From Takakia lepidozioides (Eukaryota; Plantae; Bryophyta), in NCBI GenBank assembly GCA_030704615.1, contig CM060734.1:33108001-33172000 (forward strand): a DNA stretch of 64,000 bases, written 5' to 3'. Shown in pieces: positions 1 through 9,200 of the stretch (the first letter of the stretch is position 1; the number at the start of each line of letters is the position of its first letter). A program made the position numbers and the translations under genes. The notes below the pieces were generated by a model, which saw only the letters and a program-made list of their open reading frames with translations, had not been told where the DNA came from and ran no database searches.

Positions 1-1215
1 GGCAAGTGGACATCCCTGCCTTACCGATCTATGCAGTGGAAATGGCTTGGATAGGTGACCATTGATTGTGACCCTACTAGAAGCTCCATGAAGAAGGATA
101 TGGACCCCATGGTAGAAGCCTTCAGGGATCCCTGCTTTACGTAGAACTGCTAGAAGGAAAGACCAGTCGACCCTGTCAAAGGCCTTCTCCAAATCCAGGA
201 GCCATAGGGCCAAGGCCTGGTTGTTTTTGCGTAGGCTGATACTTCTTGTGCCAAAAGAACATTATCCAGGATATATCTTCCTTTGATGAATTCCGCTTGC
301 CCTGTTCTGATCATAGAGGGGAGGAGAGGCTGAATACGCAAGGCTAGGCTTTTTGCAATGATCTTGTAGGCCACATTGAAAAGAATGATAGGTCGGTAAT
401 TACCTATACAAGCCCTATCTCCCTTTTTGTGCAACAAGGTAATAACGCCCCGAGTCATTGATTCAGGCATCAGACCTGAGGATTTAATGGCGTTGGCCAT
501 ATTGCAAAAATCTAGCGAGATTGAGGCCCATAGTGCCTTATAGAACTCTGTAGGCATTCCATCTATCCCCAACGCTTTGTTCTTTTCATGTGATCCAGAG
601 CATCCCCTAGTTCCTTGGGGGTGAACTGCACCTCCAAGGCTGGGTAGCTTGAGGCTTGAATTGAGCGGGGAATGGTTCTGAGACAATCTTCCAAGTGGTC
701 CTGATAGAGGGGATCTCTGTCGTCAGCTTTAAACAAGGATTGGAAGTGCTGGTAAGCTGAAGTACACATGTCTCTTTTTAAGGCCTTCAACGAATGAAGG
801 AATGCGGAGGTGAGAGGTGTTCAACTTGAAGAGATCTCTCCCTCAATAATAAGTGTTTGGTAGGTTGATAGAAGCAGCTATGATGGCATGATCAAACCCT
901 TGAGGGATGGAATCTTGTGGAGCAGAAGAGGCGAAGGTTGAAAGAGAAAGTGAGATGTAGAAATGATCAAGTCTGGCCATGCAGAGGTCATTGATGCCTC
1001 TGTTATTGGTCCAGGTGTAGAATGGGACGGAGCTGTTAGGACCCCTTCAATAATAAGTTGTTTGGTAGGTTTTGATAGAAGCAGCTATGATGGCAAATGA
1101 TCAAACCCTTGAGGGATGGAATCTTGTGGAGCAAGAAGAGAGCGAAGTTTTGAAAGAGAAAGTGAGATGTAGAAATGATCAAGTCTGGCCATGCAGAGGT
1201 CATTGATGCCTTGTG
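1..1215 (-). mobile_element. Degraded L1/Tx1-type LINE ORF2 fragment (endonuclease remnant and RT N-terminal part); continues beyond the window start
   Basis: ORF 150-686 contains GIDGMPTEFYK, GVITLLHKKGD, NYRPI..NVAYKIIAK, FIKGRYILDNVLLAQE, which are L1-clade RT motifs. Frameshifts are present. An endonuclease-like remnant (..RLDHFY..DH) lies around 880-1030. Confidence 0.88.
840..1211. repeat. Tandem duplication of ~160 bp within the LINE fragment
   Basis: The block caataataag...ggtcattgatgcct occurs at ~843-999 and again at ~1048-1211. The second copy differs mainly by single-base insertions. Confidence 0.85.
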
Positions 1216-1683
1216 CCAGGCATTTTCTTCATCTGGATTGAGGTAAAGTATTTAATAGTGAATCCGTGAAAAAGAGGGGGTGAAGAGATTTGTCAGGAGG
1301 TCCAGGCTGCTGGAATTGGAGTGTTAAAAATAAACTCTTACCGGATTTAGTGGGGTTTTCTCTAAGTTTTCGCACTGCCAAAACATTTCTAAGTTATGGG
1401 CTCCCCTTTTTGGTGAAGAAATAAACATTTACAAAATATACATATCAATATAACCTTTTTGCTCATGTTTACCCACATCATAGGGAAGGGTAAGAAGTGA
1501 AATTAAGAAGTAAAAATGAGTGCAGGGATATAGGGCAAGTCTGGGCTCTGTCTCGTGCAGGCAGCTGCTATATCGTCTGCTCTTGCTGCTGCCGCGCACC
1601 TCTCTGCCCACACCTGCTGCACCGCCTGCGATTTCTTCTCTGCGTCCGGTTGAGTTGAGGTCGCATTGATAGGTCATTCCAAG

Positions 1684-3857
1684 ATGGCAGGAGATGAGGA
1701 GAAGGAAGTCCGAGAAGCGACAGAAGGAGCAACATCATCAACAGCTGTGGATGCAGCAGGGGAGGCCGGCAGCAAAGGGGCCGACGAGGAAGACACAGGG
1801 GCCCAGGTGGCTCCGATTGTAAAACTGGAGGAGGTTTCCATTAGTACCGGGGAAGAGAACGAAGATGTTCTTCTTGATGTGTAAGGCGGGACTTGTTCCA
1901 TCTTTTGGGGATCACCTTGAAGTATCTGTCGGATCTTATATCTGTCAGAACCCTAGAAACCGTCCATGAACTGTTCAATCTGGGGTTTCAGTTTTTTTTC
2001 TCTTTTCTTTGCGTTCCTTCCTTGTCAAACCGGTACAGTTTCGCCCATATGCTATATCACATTCCTAGAGGATCGTTACCCGATGATCACCAGGGGAGAT
2101 TTATTTCTTCCCATCTAATAGAGTGCTATATGGTAATTTCCATTTTGGCAAAAAATTTTCTGGACGGGTCGCTCATGTATCTGACTCAGAAAAGGGATGG
2201 TTTCTGTGCAGCAAGGCAAAACTGTACCGGTTCGATAAGGAAGGCACGCAGTGGAAAGAACGGGGTGTCGGGCAAGTGAAACTGCTCGAACATAAGCAGT
2301 CAAAAAAGATTCGCTTGCTCATGCGTCAAAACAGGACCCTCAAGATCTGTGCCAACCATATGGGTGTGTGAATCGATTCTCACCGAAACTTCATTTGACT
2401 GGTGTATTCGGTGTTCATGTGTAGGGATTACTCCCGTGCTTCCCCGTGTCTAGAACGATCATCCGTATGCGAGAAGGATGTTTGAAGCCTACGAAGAAGC
2501 TATCGGAACAAAGTCTTAACTGACCCACAAACTATACAATGTCTCGTGGTGATTTGCAGAGATCAATAATCCTACGGTCTCGTATAAATGGACGAGTTAT
2601 GTTTACATTTTATGTGTCGTAGATTAGGGTTTTTGGATGTCTTATCCGAAAGGCATACGGAAGTTAGCTCTGAGATGTATGCTTTCCCCCCTACCCTCCA
2701 AATGGGCATGGTTGCTGCTTGAACCCTATGTCATACAACAGTTCCTTTCACCTTGGTTGTGAGTTTCGGGAGATGCCAGTGGGTTCAGTACTTTGTCTGA
2801 TAGTGAATGATTAAGTAGTTGTGGGTTGCATGTTGCAGTGCTACCATCCACCTCATTGCAAGAGCATGCTGGTAGTGACAAGTCCTGGGTTTGGCATGCC
2901 CCTGATTACTCTGATGGTGAACTAAAGGAGGAACTATTCTGCATGCGGTTTGGCAGTATTGAAAGTAAGTTACTGTGCTTTGGCCTGCTCTTGTCCCAGA
3001 CATGGTGACTGGATCTCAGTGTGAAATGGAGAATTTTCTGGGTCTGGGAAACTCTCTAGAATGTTGCAGAATAATTGGGCACTTGGAGTGATAAAGTTAG
3101 GGTATTCCAGTGGGTGTCCAAAATGTGTTCCTGGCAACCAAACTCTCATATGGATAAAATATTTGGAGTGGTAAAGTAGGGTATTCCCGTGGGTATCCAA
3201 AATGTGTTCCTGGCAACCAAAATGGATAAACTATTTGATGCTCTCTCATCTAGTTATCGCATATCCAGTCACGGGGCACAATTGCTTCAATCCCTTTATA
3301 TTTGGCTTTTTGTGCCAAATAGTTTCTGCCTTGCTGGGTGTTTTATGACAATCGCATCCTCCCACTTCTAAATTGTATGAGCTTTGTGAGAGGTTTATCA
3401 GTTATATACTGAACTATTTTCGGTCTGGAGGGCTTACACAGTCACTGGGCTGAGAGGTTGCGTTTTCAAAGGGGTATAGCTCTGCTTGCATCTTATCATG
3501 TGCAGTCTGTGGTTATAAGATCATCAATGAAGTATTGATTCCAGCCACGAGTGTTTAAATTCAGATGAGTTACCTCTTAGTATCTGGCTGAGCAATAGCC
3601 TTATCTGCAGAGAGGTTCTGCTGTAACTCTTGTTCTGATCAACAGGTGCTCAGAAATTCAAGACTGCATTTGAGGACGCCCAGGAAAAGTTGTCTGTGAA
3701 GTCAGGGAATGATGATGAGGATGTGGATACAGCTGCTGAACTTCTTGGAAACTTGAAGGTGGATGGAAAACCTGAACCTGAGGAGGCTGCTGCTGTCATT
3801 GAGCAGAGCAACGAGGTTACAAGTTCAAATGGGCACGAAGACAAGAGCTCAGAGTAG
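1684..3857 (+). CDS. RANBP1: Ran-binding protein 1 (RanBD); exons 1684-1880, 2212-2363, 2839-2964, 3646-3857
   Basis: Joining the exons at GT-AG introns gives MAGDEE..VAPIVKLEEVSISTGEENEDVLLDVKAKLYRFDKEGTQWKERGVGQVKLL..KICANHMVLPST..DKSWVWHAPDYSDGELKEELFCMRFGSIESAQKFKTAFE..*. This is a canonical RanBD and the exon phases are consistent. Confidence 0.95.
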
Positions 3858-4524
3858 GCTGCACGAGAAGGAACCAGATGTTGTATTGCACTGTTGATGT
3901 ACCATGATGTGCTGAGTTTTTCACCCTATTGACCCGGTTGTGGTGGTTTTGGGGAAGTCGTGTTTTTATTTACTCCACTTTGTTTCGATTCCCACACTTG
4001 CATTCAATAGGACTGTGAGAGCGAGGTATATTGCCTGTTTAAGACTGCATCTTTCCAGGAGTGATGATATTGGTTAGTGTGCAAAGGGCTTACTTGGGAT
4101 CAACCATACTATTGCTATGACTGAATGTGCCCCATCTCGCTTCGCACTACTGCAAATTGTTTGGTATTTGAATAGATGAATCAAAACTATTATGCCCCCA
4201 AAATAGGTTGAACTTCCTTAATATGTTTGCAAGCCCACCCCTGTTGAGATGCCCTGCAGAAGAATTTTATGACTGTTGAGTGTGGGAGTTTTGGCTTGCC
4301 AAACAATATAGGGGCAGCCAGAAGACCTTTAGAATAATGGCCAAAACTGAAGTAGCACCGGTGGTCCATCAATATACAATACCATTCATGCACAATGCAT
4401 TTATGTATAAATGAAAAGAAAGACTAGGACTCTGTCTAACTTGTGATTAGAGGACAGTGGACCTTATGACATCCAATGCGCTTATGTGGTTTGAGCCAGT
4501 GTTGTGTGGGTTGTGCCTTTTTAA

Positions 4525-4686
4525 GGAACCCACCGGGTCCGGGTATTTTTTTGGATCCGGGTTTTTGAAATTTGGAAAATCCGGGACGCGGTTTGGGTCC
4601 AGGTTCCTCAACATGGACTCAGGTCAGGGTCCGGGTAGTTGTTGGAAAATATTAGGGGGTTCACGGGTTCGGATCCGGGTCCTAGT
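4525..4686. repeat. CCGGG/GGGTCC-rich short repeat cluster, possibly the subterminal region of a non-autonomous DNA transposon
   Basis: About 8 copies of (gg)gtccggg/atccggg in 160 bp of otherwise AT-rich sequence. No TIR pair was identified. Confidence 0.35.
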
Positions 4687-4760
4687 TAATTTATTAAATA
4701 AATTAGAAAAATAATGTTAATTCGGGATAAAATTATTTTTGGCTGAAATAAATTTGAATC

Positions 4761-4983
4761 AGCTGGTAGCTCAGCTGGTAAGTGCACAGTGTTGGTGGTT
4801 TGGGGTTCAAACCCGCTGCCCTGCCTGGTGTGTGGATTGTTCGTGACCGGCTGGTCTGGTGGTGACGATTCCACCTGTGTGCCTAATGGCTTATCTAAAA
4901 GGGGTTAATTTTTCCCCCCTCCTCAAGGGCCTGAAGTGAGCAGTCACTCCCAGGTTTCCTTTATGAAAAAGTATAAAAATATA
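4761..4983 (+). mobile_element. tRNA-derived SINE, copy 1
   Basis: A box TAGCTCAGCTGG at 4767-4778 and B box GGTTCAAACCC at 4804-4814, with an A-rich tail. It is flanked by an imperfect TSD aaataaatttgaatc / aataaaaattgaatc. The 3' half is homologous to the SINE at 54.5 kb. Confidence 0.8.
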
Positions 4984-5292
4984 AATAAAAATTGAATCCT
5001 AATAATGAATTTTATTGGACACATTCCTTCAAAAACACAGTGAATATGTATTGCTCATTTAACATAAGAATTAAAATAGAAATTGAGTTCCATTCTTCAA
5101 TATCAATTCCAAAACATGTTAACAATAGTAATATGTTTTCCACCATTTTGTAACCTCCTTTGATTTAATTTGATTAAAAGGGCCTCCGTCCTCTTTCCAA
5201 AAAATCCAAAAGAAGAAAAGAAAAAAGAAAAAAAGTAATATGCCTCAAGGCTCAAAGATCACTATAGCATGGATGTGTGGGAGCCAACCTCA

Positions 5293-8200
5293 TAATAATA
5301 ATACATGAAGCCTCCTTGGGGAGGTGGTGTCACTGGACCCTGGAGGGCACAGCTTTGTGACATCAATCGGGTGGATTGAACCCACAACTACTTCATGTGG
5401 CTACAACTTGGTGGGGCAGGCTGCAGCGGCCTATTGCTCGACTCATTGCAGAACCTACCACATCTAAGGTGGACCCCGCATGCCCCTCCTGAAATTAAGA
5501 CCCGGACCTTGTGGCCATTGACCCCACGCCCAGATTGAGCGGAAACAAAAGGGACAGAACCTACCGCTGTTAGGGGCTGACGTTGGTAGTAAGACTTACC
5601 TTCATATATAGAATTAATCTGGGTTTTCCAGATATCCTCTAGAAATCCCTTCACACAAGCATCAATCTGCTGTGAGTGATTTGCCCAATAACTAGGCCTC
5701 GGGAGGGCCTGGGCTTTTGGCTCAGCCTCGAGACTTTCAAAGTTGTTAAACAGAGGTACAGGCACAATTCCCTTGATAGATTTGAACAGAGCGTCTCTTT
5801 GGTGTGAGAACCCCGGACAGTGTATCAGAAAATGAGTACTGTCTTCAGATTGCCAACACAACGGGCAATTGCACTCTCCCTTTCCTCTCTGCTTCTGTTT
5901 GCTGTTCATAGGTAGGCTACCTGCCCTGAGTTTAAATTTCAGTCTAGTGCTGAGAGTGGGTAGACCCTTGAGGTCATCCAAGATGTCCTCCCCCATGTCA
6001 CTGACTGGAAACAAGTTCAGGGAAGTTTTCTGCCTAACTTCATTTTCATCAGACAATCTCATCAGACATGGCTTTGGACACTACAGCCTCCAAGTCAGAT
6101 TTATCCAGCAGGGTCAAGACTTGCGGTTCCAGGTCCAGGTCCTTGAGAATCTCTTCTACTCTCTTCTGCCAGGACTTAGCCTGTTTGACAGGGCGGTCCT
6201 GTTTCCAAGATATAGAGTCAATTAACTTAGGATATCTGGTGTTGGACATATGTTGCAGCTGACCCCACCATCTGACCTTGAATTCATCTCGTCGGGAGCT
6301 TAAGGACGGAATGCCAAACTCGCCCCAAACAGCCACATTGGCTGTTTTGGAGCATGCCGACATACACTCCTTAAGCACCCCCACTTGAATGGATTCTAGA
6401 GACTTAGCTTGGTTGGAGTTATCAACCCATATTGCAGATCCGTACTCCAAGGCAGGTCTAATAACGCGACAAAGCATGGTTTTCTTAACCTCAGAGTTGA
6501 CCCCTCTGCAGTGGAAAAATTTAGTGAGCCCCAGAGCTTTGCCCTTGCCAGTTTGAACAACTTTCCGGATATGTGCATCCCAATTACAATTGGAGGAAAA
6601 CTCAACGCCCAGGTAAGTGTAGAAAGGGAGGACCGGGATCTCTTAGCTACCCCACTGCCACTTAAGATCACTTCCTCCCTCTCCTCTGTCGTTGAATGCT
6701 ACCACTGCACATTTGCTGACATTAGCCTCTAGCCCCCAAAGATCAAAGTATCTCTTCGCGCAATCAATCAACTCCTGGAGATTGGTTGGAGTCTCCCCTA
6801 TGCCTGCGAAGTCATCCGCAAACATAACGGTTGGTATGGTGGTATCACCCACCCTTAACCCAAATCCCTCACTTTCCACATCCTCGAGGAGTTGATTGAT
6901 GAAAACATTGAAGAGCAGAGGGGAGAGAGTACATCCTTGAGCTACACCTTGGTCTATGTCAAAGAAGTTGGACTTCTGTCCGTTAACAGTGACACAGCTT
7001 TTGGTGTGAGCATACAAGTTGTGGACAACTCTCCACATCTTTCCCTTGATCCCAAGACCAGAGGTGGAACCATAGGCCGTCTCTCCACACTGTGTCATAA
7101 GCCTTTTTGACATCGGTTTTCCTTCTATTTTCATTCCCTGGATAATCTGGCTTAGAGTGAAGATATGATCCACACAGCCCCTGTTTCGCCGAAAGCCAGC
7201 TTGGCCTTCGCGGAAACAACCTCTAGACTCCAGATCAGCCTCGAGACGAGTACTTATAACTCTGCAGAATGTCTTGCCAACAGCATTGAGGAGCGTGATG
7301 CCACGGTAGTTCCCCGGTTCATCTCTGTCACCCTTCTTGTATAGATTGACAATGACCCCCTGTCGCCAGCGAAAGGGGATCATTTCAGTCTTCCAGATAA
7401 GGTTAAAGAGGAGAACTAGGGCCTCTATCATGGGATCGCCACCGTGCTTGATAAGCTCGTTGACAATACCATCAGGTCCACCAGCTTCATATCCATTTAA
7501 ATGTTCAATTGCTTCAACAATCTCAGAAGAACTAATGGGAGCGTTATAAGCCATTGAAATATACTCCAGTTCATCAGGGCTGTTTTGAATCATAGGAACA
7601 GTTTTTCCAACTGTGTCCCTCCATTCAGCAGAAGACCCCTCACTGTTAGACCTAGAAGTTCTGCCAAGGATACTGTAGTGAGTTTCAAAGGTTTTGACAA
7701 TGTCAACCGATGAAGTCACCACTGCACCTTTAGTAGTCTTCAGCGCTTGAGACAAACAGAAGCAGAGAGGAGACACGATCTGTCTTCAGCGCCCACAATT
7801 CTCTCAAATTGCAGCACTCTTTATAGAGGGCTCGTCTCTCAGCTATCTTGAGTTTAATCTCATTGGACCACCAATTAACAGCTCTACCGCAGACAATTAG
7901 TTTCCTCCCAATGATCTTGTCAGCCACAGAGGAAACGAAACTCTCCCAAGAGTCCACTGCCCTTTCGACTTCATTTCTTGCGTTGTCAGAGCAAGACTGA
8001 AGTTCTTGGAGCGATTGGACAAAATGAGGGAGAGCCTCTTGCAAGGCCTGGACATACTCAGCCTTGACCTCCTCATTATGGAATTTTTCTATGCGCCACT
8101 TCCAAATCGAACGTTTCACAGATCTCGTGGTGTTGGGAAAACACCTTTTGATCTCAGTCCAAACCAGGAAGTGGTCAGAGGTACCAATATCAGTTCTGTC

Positions 8201-9174
8201 GACCAACACATTGGCACACTGGGGAAACAAATTTTTGTCCATTATGATATAGTCCACAATGGAACGTTCCCCAGTTTGGGATTTCTCACGAGTCCACTGC
8301 ACTTGGTCACCTCTTGTCCTGTTATTCAAGGTCAAAAGCTGAAGCTCTTCCAGACAGTTAATTAACCGTCTGCCATTAGAATTCAGCTTGTCCTCACCAA
8401 AAGGCCCAATGATATCGTCCTGATGGAGACCTTTGCCCACCCGGGCATTGAAGTCACCCAATAGAACCACCTGACCTTTGGCAAGGAACGAAGCACAGTC
8501 CAGCTTTACATCTTCGAAGGCTTTGTCTGCGTCAACACTAAGGGTCCCCTCTGTGGGCATGTATACACAACCCACAAAGAGGTCCTTCGTATTCACGCCC
8601 TTCAGATTCAGTTTTAGCCAGATACTATGCTCATACCTCAAACCCTTGTTGATAATTTCACAATTATCAAACAAGAAATCGCGGACAAAGAATCCAACCC
8701 CTTTTTGGCCTCGTTTCGCAGAGGCTGCCTTGAGAGTACACATCTTACCCATCCACTTATACCCATTGACATCTCCAACCAATTTATCCGGAGTTTCCCA
8801 TGTCTCCTGACCAGCACAAATATGAATGTTATTGGCCTGAAGAACTTGTGCCACTTCGAGTTGTTTCCTTTTGTTAGTCAGCCCTGAGAAATTGAAAGTA
8901 CCCAGCCGCAAGCCAGCCCTTTGCATATGAATTGTTTGTCGTCTAGGTAGCTTGTGATTGCTCCTGGACGGCCAACCGTTCTGCAAAGGGGTGACAGTTA
9001 TCCCGTGTGTAGATTTTGCTCGTCTTGTGTAAACTTTGAGAATTGGTAAACCATTCAGGGTACCAAATCCTTCAGTTACACGACGTACAGGCTCCGCACA
9101 CTTAGGGACAGATTGTCCGTCTGACAGCTACAGAGTACAAAGAGTACAAAGAGAGGGAGAAGGTGGCAGCCCTG
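5293..9174 (-). mobile_element. Near full-length single-ORF LINE of the RTE group (RTE/RTEX-like): APE endonuclease, RT and C-terminal CCHC finger, frameshifted
   Basis: EN motifs (GTFN, QETW, LLGDFNARVG, VDYI, SDH) lie in 7730-8986. RT motifs (NYRGITLL, QAGFR, GVAQGCTLSPLLF, MFADD) lie in 6643-7776, followed by RPALEYG and CPLC..HFLIHC. The element has a (TAT)n 3' tail and an 8-bp TSD CAACCTCA at 5285-5292 and 9175-9182. No ORF1 is present. Confidence 0.9.
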
Positions 9175-9200
9175 CAACCTCACACAGCCTATGTAATGTT

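Noticed and set aside
4060-4126. C/D box snoRNA (GTGATGA...CTGA) in the RanBP1 3' region
   Set aside because: No terminal stem or recognisable rRNA guide; such motif pairs are common by chance.
4761-4820. tRNA genes at 4761 and 54460
   Set aside because: A and B boxes are present, but there is no complete cloverleaf. Both continue into a shared tail with an A-rich end and TSD-like flanks, so they are SINEs.
8990-9174. HDV-like ribozyme in the RTE 5' UTR
   Set aside because: I could not build the nested double pseudoknot by eye. A descriptor search would be needed.
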